In this document: positions 25,514-37,096 of the stretch, in pieces
How the letters are laid out: each line of letters starts with the position of its first letter
Position numbering within the stretch: position 1 is the stretch's first letter
The notes under the pieces: generated by a model
Seen by the model: the letters and a program-made list of their open reading frames with translations, nothing else
Databases searched by the model: none
What the model was told of the DNA's origin: nothing
Source of the DNA: Trichodelitschia bisporula
Taxonomy: Eukaryota
Reading direction: 5' to 3'
Assembly (NCBI GenBank): GCA_010356995.1
Contig: ML996691.1
Location: forward strand, 378,174-442,173
DNA length: 64,000 nucleotides
Made by a program: the position numbers and the translations under genes

Positions 25514-26101
25514 ATGAGCACCGAACCCCCCGACGCCAACAACCTCCTCTACGTGCAATACGAAATCTCCAAAGAAAACACCTACCTCGCCCCCATCCGC
25601 GCCCTCATCTCCAGAGACCTCTCCGAGCCCTACAGCATCTACGTCTACCGCTACTTCCTCTACCAATGGGCAGACCTATGCTACATGGCGCTCGACGCCA
25701 CCACCTCCGACCTCCGCGGCGTCGTCATCTCCAAACTCGAACCGCACCGCAGCGGCACATACCGCGGGTACGTCGCCATGATCGCCGTGGTCGAAGAACT
25801 CCGCGGCCGGGGAATCGCTACGAAGCTAGTGCGCATGGCGATTGATGCGATGAAGGCGCGGGATGCGGATGAGATTGTGCTGGAGACGGAGGTTACGAAT
25901 ACGGCGAGTTTGAGGTTGTATGAGCGGCTTGGGTTTCTGAGGACAAAGCGCTTGCATCGGTATTATTTGAATGGGAATACGGCGTTGAGGTTGGTGCTTT
26001 ATTTGAAGGAGGGCGTGGCGGAGAAGAGGCCGATCGAGGTCCAAGGGCATGTTGGGATGGGGGCGCCGGCTATGGAGGTCGGGGGGGCGTTTCCACCATG
26101 A
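25514..26101 (+). CDS. MAK3: NatC N-alpha-acetyltransferase catalytic subunit
   Basis: DLSEPYSIYVYRYF, RGRGIA acetyl-CoA motif, LETEVTN, RYYLNG; probable 5' UTR intron 25412-25459. Confidence 0.93.
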   Translation: MSTEPPDANNLLYVQYEISKENTYLAPIRALISRDLSEPYSIYVYRYFLYQWADLCYMALDATTSDLRGVVISKLEPHRSGTYRGYVAMIAVVEELRGRGIATKLVRMAIDAMKARDADEIVLETEVTNTASLRLYERLGFLRTKRLHRYYLNGNTALRLVLYLKEGVAEKRPIEVQGHVGMGAPAMEVGGAFPP

Positions 26102-26625
26102 GTGAGGGAGATGTGCATGGGCTGCTTGTGATGATGGGGAGCAGCCGTGGGGGAAGAGAGCTGGGCCAGGAATAGATACCCCAAGGAGTGTGACGATGCG
26201 ATGAGATGACTTCACTGGACGGCGTAGGACACTTGAGGCAGCGGTATCAGTACCATTCATATTGCACAGAATGCCGAATCGGGCTACAAATGAGGATACC
26301 TCCGGGGAGGAGGATGTACGTACACTCCTCCGCCGGTGTAGAACCCTCCGCCGGCGTAGAGCCCTCTTCCCCCGCTCTGTACGGATGTAGTCCCGGTGCA
26401 CAGCAAGCCCTCGCGACTCTCATCGAACCCACCCCAACCCAACCCCTCTCACCACCGACTTTGCGGAGCCTGTCCGCTCAGAACTCATCCCAACTACTCG
26501 CCGGAACGACACACATGTCAAAGTCAATAGGATTTGATGATCCATTAGCTTAAGGCCTGAGATAAAGACCGAAAGATTACTCCGTACAACCTGTCCAGAA
26601 ACGCCATCCCATCCCATCAACCGAC

Positions 26626-27393
26626 CTAATCCTCCTCCGAGCTAGTTGCCTCGAAGTTCCGCTTTATCACCTTTTTAATCCTCTCCTTCCGCTTCTGCTC
26701 CCGCCGTGACTCCGTCTCCGACAACTCATCCCAGTTAATCTCATCTCTCTCCACCTCCACCTCATCCTTCTTCTTCTCCTCCCCCCCACCCTCCTTCATC
26801 TCCTCATCCTCATCCTCCTTCTTCTCCTCCTCCACATTCTCGACCTTCAATCCCTCCACCCCATCCACCCGAATCTTAGCCCCCTTCTCCGCCAGCGCAG
26901 CCACAACCTCCGGTACCAGCAGGACTACACTCTCGAACTGCTCCACCGTGAGATTGAGCCCCTTAGTGCCCGGCATCATCACGCCGTCTTTGCTGTAGAA
27001 CTCGCGGATGGAGATGTAGGTCGTGCCCTTGAAGTCGGTGATGCCGACGCGCCGTCTGTCGGTGATCTGGGGGGGTCAGCGGGNNNNNNNNNNNNNNNNN
27101 NNNNNNNNNNNNNNNNNNNNNNNNNNNNNNNNNNNNNNNNNNNNNNNNNNNNNNNNNNNNNNNNNNNNNNNNNNNNNNNNNNNNNNNNNNNNNNNNNNNN
27201 NNNNNNNNNNNNNNNNNNNNNNNNNNNNNNNNNNNNNNNNNNNNNNNNNNNNNCAATACGGCATCTTCTTCTCATCTTCTTCCCGCTCCGGCTTAAACGG
27301 TGCCTTGGGCTCCTTCTTAGCCCTTTTGTCTGCAGGCTCAGGCGAGCCGGTGGGCGAGCGCGTCGCAGCTTTGCGTTTCTTGGGCCAGGCCAT
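26626..27393 (-). CDS. SUB1: Transcriptional coactivator PC4/Sub1 (spans an assembly gap)
   Basis: RRVGITDFKGTTYISIREFYSKDGVMMPGTKGLNLTVEQF is the PC4 ssDNA-binding domain; basic N-terminus; intron partly hidden in the N run. Confidence 0.85.
27084..27253. other. Assembly gap (N run)
   Basis: About 170 consecutive N. Confidence 0.99.
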
Positions 27394-28091
27394 TGTGTGT
27401 CGTGTGTGGGATGGGAGTATGGGACGGGAGTATGAGGTGCGAGATGCGAGATGCAATTGATGTGGAGAGAATTGAGCGTGTGGCGAGATTGGGATTAAGT
27501 AGCTGCTGTCGATGGAGGGAAGGTTCTTTCGAAGCTGCGTGCGATGACAATGGATGAAAGCGGCGGGCTGGGATGGAATGGAGTTGGAGAGACATGGGCG
27601 GCTTAGGAAAGTCATCGTCTCCCAGCCTGGGACTATCTGCGGGGAGCGTCGGCTATAACTTCTTTTGGAGGTCCAGGACGCGCGGCGCGTCTTCGCGCGG
27701 GGATGGCACGGTCACGTGGTTGTGGAATGAGAGGTGAGGCTGGACGACGATGGACGGCTTCGTCTAGTATTACGGTGTGGCCGGAAGCTATTCTCATTCT
27801 TTGTTCGTTCCGTCTACTGCTTTCGTGGTGAAGAGAAGTATGATTCAACTGGAGGGAGCTGGAAGGAATGAAGTGCTCGTCAGAGCCTCGTTTGGGACTG
27901 ACGCATTCAATTCAGAGAGGATCTGATGAAGCTGACATTCCCTGGCATCACAGTTCGATATCTGCGCTCAGAATATGTCTATTCGTTCCGCCGCATGCAG
28001 AAGTGCTCAAAGCGGACTAATCGTTTCTAGCCGTCTAGTCTAACATCCGATCCTCCATTCCTGCCCCTCTATGGATGTAGTCCATCACCAT

Positions 28092-29509
28092 CTACAACGC
28101 CGCCGCCCGCTTGATATTCCTATCACCCGTTAGCAATCAGCCTCCTGCAACACACAAGGGGATACGCACTTCCCACCAAACCTCACCCGCAGGAACTGGC
28201 TCGGCCACGCCACATCCACCCCCAACTCATGCGCCACCCTCAGCACCCACTCCGGCTCCCTCATAAACTGCCTCGCAACAAGGACCACATCCGCCCGCGG
28301 CTCCTTCCCCTTCGCATCTGTCAGGGCCTCCGCCTCCCTCGCCTCCTCCTGCACAATATCCCTCGCCTGCTCGGCTTCCGTAATAAGCCCGACAGCCCCA
28401 ATGAGCAGCTCCTTCCCAGCCTCGCGGACCGCTTTCCGGATCTCGCCCGCCATGCGCGTCTGGTAGTCGCGGCTGTCGAACATGTTGATGCTCTGCTTGG
28501 GGTGATTCCCGCCGCTCGATACATCGAGCAAATCGATACCGGCATTCGGGAGCCGCTTGGCGACCTCGATCGTGCTCGGTAGATCCCAGCTGCCCAATTT
28601 CTTCGCCAAATCCGACTCCTCCATCCACTCCGTCGCGCTGAGACGCAGCCACAGCGGCATAGACTCGGGAATGACCCCCCTCACCGCCTCGATAATCTCA
28701 AACAGCAACCGGGACCGGTTCTCCAAACTCCCTCCATACCGATCCGTCCTGCGATTCGTAATCGGGCTCAGGAACTGGTGCACGAGATACCCATGCGCGC
28801 CGTGAATCTCAATAACATCGACGCCCGCCTGCACCGCGCGCTTCGCCGCCGCCGCCCAATCGCCCACCAACTCCTTGATCTCGGCCTCACTCAGCTGCCG
28901 CGGCGGGTAATACCCGCCCTCCTCGCTCTCCCCCTTCAAATCCCACGCCTCCTCCACGCCCCCCATCGGACCCACGACATCCTTCGGCCAGCCACCGACC
29001 TCAGCCGGGGCGCGTATCGACGGCTTCCCAGCCCGGCCCGCAACCCACGGCGCCGCAGTACTCGCCTTACGCCCCGCATGCGCAAGCTGAATCCCGCACA
29101 GCGCGCCCTGGGCATGACAAAAATCCGCCACGCGCCTGAGGCCCTCGATCTGCGCGTCGCTCCACAGGCCGGGACAATTCGGGCTGATGCGCCCGTTGGG
29201 CTGGACGCCGGTAGCTTCGACGAAGACGAGTGCTGCGCCCTTTAGGGCGTAGTGGCCGAGCGTCGCGATGTGGTAGTCTGTGAGCGCGCCGATTTGGGGG
29301 CCGGAGGGCGCCGTGGAGTATTGGCACATCGGGGCGACGACGATGCGGTTCTTGAGGGTGACGGAGCGGTGGGTGAGGGGAGTGAGGAGGGTGGGTGTGC
29401 TGGCGGAGGGGGAGACGGGGGTGCCGGGGCTTTGGGCGTGGGTGGGGGTGAAGTAGGGTGTCGCGGGGGAGGGGACGTTCTCGGCGGAGGTGGAGGTGGA
29501 AGGCGGCAT
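28092..29509 (-). CDS. NADH:flavin oxidoreductase / Old Yellow Enzyme (YqjM-like)
   Basis: NRIVVAPMCQYS, GIQLAHAGRKAS, EIHGAHGYL..FLSP..N.RTD.YGGS motifs; probable last intron 28169-28120 (GTGCGT..GCTAAC..TAG). Confidence 0.92.
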
Positions 29510-30380
29510 TGTTGTGGTAGTGGTGAGGGTTGTTGTGAGGTGGTTGAGTGTAGGGCTGAGTGATGCGGGTACAATGGCAGGGACGCGGCGCGGGTTCTTA
29601 AGGCGCGACAAGGCAGCCAGGATGCTTATAAATACGGTATGGCGTTATTTGCGCGCTCGGGCGGATACCCGAGGTGGAGTCTCGTCTGCCTTGCGCTATG
29701 CGGGTGATTAGCAGGTGCCTGGGGAGGTGGAGAATTTGTGTTTCCATGGTTAAAGTGGGGGTTGATTTGGGGTGGCGATCGAGGTGGGAGGGGTTAGTGG
29801 GGTAGTCTGGGTGCCGATGATGATGCCGCGGTCGGAGTAAGGCTTATGTAAGGCGAGGCAAGGCTGGTGTTAGGCTGCGGGGTAATGGGTGATGATGTTC
29901 GCGGTGTTGTTGAAGATGGTTAGTGATGATTGGTAGTGGTGATGATGTCACAAAAAGTCAAAGATACCGTACTCCGTGGATCGATGACAGCCCAGAGAGC
30001 ACTCGGCCGAGTGGGAAAGGGACAACCTAGGGATCGGGCATCCGGATGCCAAATCGGCAAGACGATATCTTTGTCCGAAGCAAGGCGAAGGAGTTCTGCT
30101 GTCGGATATAACGGTCGGATGCTCTAATGCCGGTGCTTGATAATTGACAAGCCTCGCAGCGCTACCGTACCTGCATGAGTAAGAATCTTCGGAGGCTAGT
30201 TCTAATCGGTGTGGCGGGCTGCAAAATAGTGGTTTCCTTCATCGCAGCCCTCCCGAATTATCGTGACCTTTCTCCCTACCAGACCGCAACCCCGGCTACA
30301 ACACCTCATCACCACCGAATCATGCAAAAAGAAGCTTCGAGATCATAATCCTAAACGGCGAAGAAAAAGGCAAAAAGCAT

Positions 30381-30452
30381 TAGCTGAAAGTGGTTTCGAT
30401 CCACCGTCCTCCGGGTTATGAGCCCGGCGCGCTTCCGCTGCGCCATTCAGCT
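30381..30452 (-). tRNA. Initiator tRNA-Met (CAT)
   Basis: A1:U72 pair, anticodon CAT, GGG/CCC anticodon stem, GATCGAAA T loop typical of eukaryotic initiator tRNA, downstream T tracts. Confidence 0.96.
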
Positions 30453-30538
30453 TGATTTGATGGCATAATATCCAGCTTCATGAATCTCATCTAGGTCCTA
30501 AACCAGTCTCAGCCTTCCCCACCGCGCACCGCTCCCCC

Positions 30539-31999
30539 TCACGCCCATCCCCTCTCAGCATCATACCCAAAGCACCACCCAGCGGTAAGCGGATCACTCC
30601 ACTGATTCGGACTCGCCTCCCCCACCTCCCCAACAACCTCCGGCCTCATCCCCTCGTCCCGCGCCCTCTGCTCCGGTCCATCTGCAAAATGCCATATGCG
30701 CCCGTTGATAAAACTCGCCTGCATCATCTGCGCCGTCCTCGCCCTGCGCTCATCCTCGAACCTTGCCAGCGCCGCCGGGATATCGTCTTTGCTGGTTAGG
30801 GAGTTCAGCACGACGGCCAGCGCCGCCCCGTCCTCGATCCCCATGGCCGCGCCCTGCGACATATAGGGTAGCATGGCGTGGGCGGCGTCGCCGATGATAA
30901 TGGTGTGGTTGGCACGCCAGCGGGGCAGTGGGGCGGGGAGTGTGAGGAGGGGCCATTTTAGGGTGTGGGTTACCATGCTGATTAGTTTGGTGAGGCTGGG
31001 TGGGTTAGGGAAGGCATGAGGGAGGACAGGGAGGCGCACCGCGGATCCCAGCCTACAAAGTGTGACCTCATGTCGGACAGCGCAGTCTCTTGTCGCCAGG
31101 TGGAGGGGTCGGTGCTTTCGGGGTGCGAGAGCACCATGTTGAAGGATGAGCCGCCCGCGATGGTGTAGCTCATGACGTGCCGCCCGTCGCCGATCCAGCA
31201 GTTAATTGACGGGTTGTCCAGCAACCACGCCGTGTCGGGATCAGCGCGCATCTTATCCGTCGACACCGTCGCGCGGTACGCCGCGAACCCGACAAGCACA
31301 GGCGGCTTATCCTCCGGGCCGAGAATCGCCCCCCGGGCCGTAGACTTGATACCTAACCCGTAAGCCCGCATCCGTCCCGCAAAGCAGCCCTACCATCCGC
31401 CGCAACAACCACGTCCGCCCCGCACACCTCCCCACTCTCCAACCTCACCCCCGTCCCCTCAAGGTCATACTCCACCACCCTCGCCGCCGTCCTAACCTCG
31501 ACCCCAAACTCCACCGCCCGTTCATACATTGCCGCATGAAAATGCGCACGATGAATCACCCAATACCCTGCTCCATAGCGCTCCTTAAACTGCTCCCCTA
31601 AATCCGTCCACCCGATCACATCCCCGCTTTCCCAGCGGCGGAACGCGATGCCAGCCGGCAAGACGCACTGGTCCTGGAAGAGGGCTTCGACGCCCCAGCG
31701 CGCCAGCAGCCGGGCGCTGTTGGGGGGGATTTGGATCCCGGCGCCGACTTCGGAGAGTGCCGGGGTGGCTTCGAAGATGGTTACCGTGTGGCCGCGGCGG
31801 GCGAGCGCGATGCCAGCGGCTAGGCCGGCGAGACCGGCGCCGCTAATGGCGATGCGGAGGGGGGTGAGGGCAGGGGTGGGGGGGGAGGCGGTTGAGGTGT
31901 GGAGGGGGCGGAGGAAAGTCAGGCACCGGGTTGGGTAGGTTGGATGCTAGGGAGTTAGCTGGGAGGGCGAGGCTGGGTGGATGGTACTTCAGCGTTCAT
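30539..31999 (-). CDS. FAD-dependent monooxygenase (salicylate hydroxylase-like)
   Basis: IAISGAGLAGL Rossmann motif, EVGAGIQIPPN, VVAADG, IIGDAAHAMLPYMSQGAAMGIEDG. Introns near 31987-31949, 31393-31353 and 31039-30993; start inferred. Confidence 0.88.
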
Positions 32000-32215
32000 G
32001 GTGGGGCTTTCGTGATGGGACAAGAGGGGAGTTAAGGGATAGCGGTGTTCACGGCTACTTACATGCTGCGAGCCTTGTGTTGTATTTGGCCTTTAGGCAT
32101 TGAGACATGGTACTGCAGTGAGCACAGCTGCATGGTGTGCGTCGTGCGTCGGACTTCGGGGGCGTGTCCTATGGAGGGTGGGCGCCGCAGTGCGGGGTTG
32201 CAGGCGTGCAGGATG

Positions 32216-32254
32216 GGTCCTTGGGTATTGGGGTCCTTGGGTATTGGGGTCCTT
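32216..32254. repeat. 16-bp tandem repeat (GGTCCTTGGGTATTGG x ~2.4)
   Basis: Directly visible between the divergent monooxygenase and PsuG genes. Confidence 0.8.
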
Positions 32255-32486
32255 ATTGCTTCTGAGGGGTACTTAAGCTTGTACTACGTACATGATCTGA
32301 GAAGGGAGATAAGCGGTGAATTAGGTGTTCGTTGAAGTTTACATTCCTATATCCTGTATACTTTGGAGCTTCAAAGCTTCGTCGACGTTGGTGTTTGTTT
32401 AGCCGTTGTCAGGGCAGAGGGGTCCATGCTCCCCCCGCATTGCTGAACGCCAACGTCACCTCCGCAGCTCTCCCCTCAACAGCATC

Positions 32487-34769
32487 ATGATACAAAGTAT
32501 TTCTAGCAGCGTCCGGCCGCGAAGGCTCGCCTTCGGCGTCTCAGGCCGGCTGAGACGATGTTATTCCCCGAACCCTTTTTTCGCCGTTTCTGAAGAAGTG
32601 CGTGAAGCCGTGCACTCGAACAAGCCCATTGTAGCACTCGAGACGACCATCTACACCCATGGTACTTGCCCTTCATGAACGCATCACGTTGCTCATCACG
32701 ACAGGGTATCCATATCCCGAAAACGTCGCCCTGGCCTCGGAACTCGAGTCCATAGTCCGCATCAACGGCGGCGTTCCCGCAACCATCGGTATCCTCAATG
32801 GCGTGGCCAAGGTGGGCATGAGCCCCGAGGAAATCATCCAGCTCGCCTCATCCGTCGGGCAAGCGAGTACACTAAAGCTCTCGCGGCGTGATCTCGCGTT
32901 CGCAACTGGTCTGGTACGCTCTCTGGCCGGGATGAAGAGAGAACGCAGCTGACGTCCCATCCAGCGCCTGGTGGGCAAATCGTTCCACGGCGGAACCACG
33001 ATCGCGAGCACCATGATCCTAGCGCACGCGGCGGGGATCAAAGTCTTTGCCACGGGGGGTCTAGGCGGCGTGCACCGCGGCGCGGAGACCACGATGGATA
33101 TTTCGGCTGATCTGACGGAGCTGGGTCGAACGCCTGTTACGGTGATTAGCAGCGGGTGTAAGAGTTTCCTTGATATACCCAAGACGCTGGAGTATCTAGA
33201 GACGCAGGGCGTGGGGGTGGCGACGTTTGCGGATGGGCGCGAGGGGAAGGTGGATTTCCCGGCGTTTTGGGCGCGGGAGAGTGGGGTGCGGAGTCCTATG
33301 GTGCTGAGGGATGAGGTCGAGGCGGCGGCGGTAATATGTGAGTGTGTCTGGGTGGGTGTGGGACGGGGCTGATGGTACAGATGCACAACACCAGCTCGGT
33401 TTGCAGTCGGGGCTGCATTTTGCAAATCCGATTCCCGCGGAGGCGGCGATTGCGAAGGCAGAGATTGACGCGATGATCGACGAGGCGATTTGCCAGGCCG
33501 ATGCCGCGGGCGCGTCGGGCAAGGACAACACGCCGTTCATTCTGAACAAGATCAAGGAGCTCAGCGGGGGAAAGAGCCTGGCTGCCAACCGGGCCTTGAT
33601 CGTGTCGAACGTCAAGCGCGGTGCCCTGGTGGCCGGGGAGCTGAGCAAGCTCGAAGGTGCGAGGGAGGACGAGAGGTGAAACTTCCTTGCCTGCGGTTAT
33701 GCTTCTTGCAGCAATTGTCATGCGAAACGAGGTTATGCGTTATGCCCCAAGCCGTGTCTAACGCGCTAATAGTTCGAAAGGCTCTAAGTCCATCCGCATA
33801 TCGCACTTCCAAGTCTCTCAAGAGAATAACACCGCCGCCAACGTCCCAAGCACTCTCTACGCCGACCTTGCCCCTCCCCCACCTCCCCCCTCCGACCCGC
33901 ACCCCCCCGCCAAAGTCCTCGTAGCCGGCTCCCTCGCCCTCGACCACACCTGCACCTTCACGCCCCTCCCTTCCTCCCCCTCCCCCCTAACCCCCCAACC
34001 GCGCACCTCTAACCCGGCGACCATAACCCAATCCCCCGGCGGCGTCGCCCACAACGTCGCCCTCACACTGCACACCCTCGGCATACCCTCCCTGCTGCAC
34101 AGCTACATCGGCCCCGACCCCGCAGGCCCCGCCCTGCTCACCCATCTCGCAAACGCCGGGATGCGCACCGACGCCATCCACACCCTCCGGCAGTCCCGCA
34201 CCGCGCAATATGTGTCCGTAAACGACGTCAAGAACGACTTGGTCCTTGGCATGGCGGATATGGGCATTATAGAGAGTGCGGGCGCGGCGCCGGAATGGAG
34301 GCCGGAGGTTCCGGAGGGCGTGGACTGGCTTGTGCTGGATGCGAATTGGATGGGCGGGGCGCAGCGCGCGTGGTTACGGGCTGCAAGAGCTAAGGGCGTG
34401 AATACGGCGCTAGAGCCGGTGAGTGTGCCGAAGGCGGGCCGGGTGTTTGCGCTGGGTGAGGGGGAGGAGGCGGTGCCGGTGTGGCCGGATCATGTGCTTG
34501 ATCTTATTGCGCCGAATAGGGACGAGGTGCTCGCGATGCATGCCGCGGCAAGGGGCGCGGGCGCGCTGGAGGGGAAGGGGTGGTGGAGTGTTGTGGATGC
34601 CTTGGGGATTGGGGATGGGGGTGCCCGCTCTAGGTTTGAGCGTGTTTGTGGGGGGGCGTTGGTGGATGAGGGGGTGCCGCAGTGTGCGGTGCAGCTGCTG
34701 CCGTTTGCGCCGGTTGTGCTGGTTAAGTTGGGCAGCCAAGGGGTGTTGCTTGTGGAGTTGATGTGGCCT

Positions 34770-34831
<62 letters not shown>

Positions 34832-35116
34832 TATATGGAGGTGTTTCCTGCGCTCGAGGTGGACCCGAGTGAGGTGGTTAGTGTTAATGGGGCGGGGGAT
34901 ACGTTTCTTGGGGCCATGGTTGCGAGGCTGGTGTTGGGGGGAACGGTGGAGAGTGCGGTGGGTTTTGCGCAGGGGGCGGCGGTGGAGACGTTGAGGAGTA
35001 GGAGGGCGGTGGGGGAGGGGGTTGCGCGGTTGAAGGGTACTGGGTTGGGGGAGGGGATTATGGAGAGGGGGGGGAGGGGATTTAGTATGGAGAGACGGAA
35101 GTATGGAGTGATGTAG
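32487..35116 (+). CDS. Bifunctional pseudouridine-5'-phosphate glycosidase (PsuG/IndA) - PfkB pseudouridine kinase; frame broken at a poly-G run
   Basis: [39 protein letters not shown] (PsuG); GGVAHNVA and SVNGAGDTF (PfkB). Intron 33676-33772 joins the two halves in frame; Arg/Ser-rich N-terminus resembles a mitochondrial presequence. Confidence 0.88.
34770..34829. repeat. 60-nt poly-G run, probable assembly artefact
   Basis: Homopolymer inside the kinase domain; the reading frame shifts across it. Confidence 0.8.
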
Positions 35117-35399
35117 AGGGTTGGTTTGGGGACGTGGGTTGTGTTCGCGATACCTTTGGCGAGGTGACCTCGGTGAAGGGTACGCGCTCAACAGTCGCCC
35201 ATCTTTTTAGGATAATGATACGCTTGCTTCGCTATCTGCAGTAGCATGCTTCCACCCAATGTATACATGCATCCGAAGCTTCCGCATCTCTGGGATGTCC
35301 ATCCCGTAAGGTATCTCATACGCAGTAACCTTTGCTCCAAGCCAACCATGCCTCAAACTCCACGCATCATGCAAGCCTGCCCGCCTACGCCATAAACGC

Positions 35400-36824
35400 T
35401 CAAGCCTCGACCAGATCGATCATATCCTCCTCACTCATATCCGCCCCCGCCGCGACTAAAAACGGATGCCGCAGCGCCTCCTCCGCCGTAATCCGCTTCG
35501 CTGGATCACACTCCAACAACCGCTCCAAAAACGCCACCGCCTCCTTCTCATCCGGACTCAGGCTGTGAATGCGCCGTCCGGTCTCGTCTTTAGCGGAGCG
35601 GTTCGTGCACCACAGGACAATCTTCTCGAGGCTATGTCCATTATCGGAGTAACTCGGGATGTTGGTCTCCATAATCTGTCCATGCAGCAGCGCCGTCTCG
35701 CGCATCTTCTTCCGGCCGAAGATATTCGTCAACTCGAGTAGCGCATCGACATCGTCCGCGGAATGGAAGAACGGGAACCGGCGCGCGAGGAGGGTGAGGA
35801 GGATCACGCCTGCGCTCCACATGTCGATCGCGCACGTCTGCTGCGTGCATTTGAACAGCACCTCCGGGGCCCGGAACCCGCGTGTCCCGGCGCGGTTCGC
35901 GCGCCGCGGCTGCCGCGTATCGGTCTTTGGGTTCGGGTACGCGGGCGGGGCGTGCTGGTCCTGCATCGCGTATTCGCTGTGATCGAGGCGGGCGCGGCGC
36001 TGCGTGGCACTCAAGTTACACGCGCAGTGCTGCCAATCCGTGCCCAGGCGCTCCGCAAGGCCGAAATCAACAAGCACGCCGCGGGCGCGGTCGGGGTGGT
36101 ATAAGAAATTAGTAGGCTTGATGTCACGGTGGAGGATCTCGTGCTCATGCACCGCTTTAAGGGCGGTGAAGAGGGAGCGGAAGTACAGCCGTATGTCGCT
36201 GACGGTCATGGCGCGGAAGTAGTCCCTGAAGTCGTGGTGTTGGAAGTAAGGGAGGATGGCGACGACTTGGTCTTGGTGGCGGAAGGCGGTGATGAGGGGG
36301 CAGACGGAGTCGGAGTTGCGCAGGTCGTGGAGCAGGTCGAGTTCGTTGAGGATGCGGAGGGGGCTGGACGTGACATAGATTTTTTTGATAGCGACGTAGC
36401 GAGGGTGTTTGCGGCGGTTAGCGGCGCGGCGGGAGGACCAGCGCGCTGCGTCCCGTTCCTCCAAGTCCCAGTCGTTTTTGTATTGATGGTAGTGAAGGTC
36501 TTCAGCCTTGTAGACGGTCGAGAAGGTACCTGGCTTGTTAGCGTAGTTCGCTGTTGGATCGGGAGACAAACCTTCGCCGATGCGATTGATCAGTCTATAG
36601 CGCCTAGCTATGCCTTTGAAGGTGCTTTCCAGATTCGCCATGTCCTCGGCCACGTTCTCGTCGACCTCATCGTCCTCTTCGCTCGACTCGCCGCTCAGGT
36701 CACTCTGTTCACTGGGCTCTCTGCTCTCGTCCATGACCGTGTCCTCTTCGTCCTCATCGCTGAGTTGGTCCTCGTGAATCCTGACTTGGTCTTGGGGTAA
36801 ACGAGCAGCACGAATTCGGCTCAT
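35400..36824 (-). CDS. CDC7: Cdc7/Hsk1 DDK catalytic kinase
   Basis: IGEG/TFSTVY (42-nt intron 36571-36530), VAIKKIYVTSSP, HRDIKPTNFL, LVDFGLA, RANRAGTRGFRAPEVLFKC. Confidence 0.95.
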   Translation of the reverse strand: MSRIRAARLPQDQVRIHEDQLSDEDEEDTVMDESREPSEQSDLSGESSEEDDEVDENVAEDMANLESTFKGIARRYRLINRIGEGLSPDPTANYANKPGTFSTVYKAEDLHYHQYKNDWDLEERDAARWSSRRAANRRKHPRYVAIKKIYVTSSPLRILNELDLLHDLRNSDSVCPLITAFRHQDQVVAILPYFQHHDFRDYFRAMTVSDIRLYFRSLFTALKAVHEHEILHRDIKPTNFLYHPDRARGVLVDFGLAERLGTDWQHCACNLSATQRRARLDHSEYAMQDQHAPPAYPNPKTDTRQPRRANRAGTRGFRAPEVLFKCTQQTCAIDMWSAGVILLTLLARRFPFFHSADDVDALLELTNIFGRKKMRETALLHGQIMETNIPSYSDNGHSLEKIVLWCTNRSAKDETGRRIHSLSPDEKEAVAFLERLLECDPAKRITAEEALRHPFLVAAGADMSEEDMIDLVEA

Positions 36825-37096
36825 ATTGGCGGCTTTGTGGTGTGTTGTAAGACACTCGACGTCAAAGTAGTACATCGTTCCGCACTTATGTTCGATGTTT
36901 TGACCTGCCGCGCAAGCCGCGCAACGGGCGCCACATCGGAGCTAAACCGAATTAGGCAAAAACACAACACCGCGTCGGCGATGACTACCCCACCACAACA
37001 GAGACAACCGCCAACCGCCAACCGCCTGCATCGCCATCTCCAACCCTTCTTAATTCCTTCCTTTTGTCTTTTGTCTCTTGTTTCTTGTCTATCACC

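Noticed and set aside
26300..26370. Small palindrome and 18-bp duplication between MAK3 and SUB1
   Set aside because: Too short to distinguish from local slippage; no supporting context.
34770..34829. Poly-G run as a real polyglycine tract, programmed frameshift or pseudogenising mutation
   Set aside because: Pure 60-nt homopolymer in a draft assembly whose N gaps also lie next to G/C runs; both flanks retain intact kinase motifs, so an artefact is more likely.
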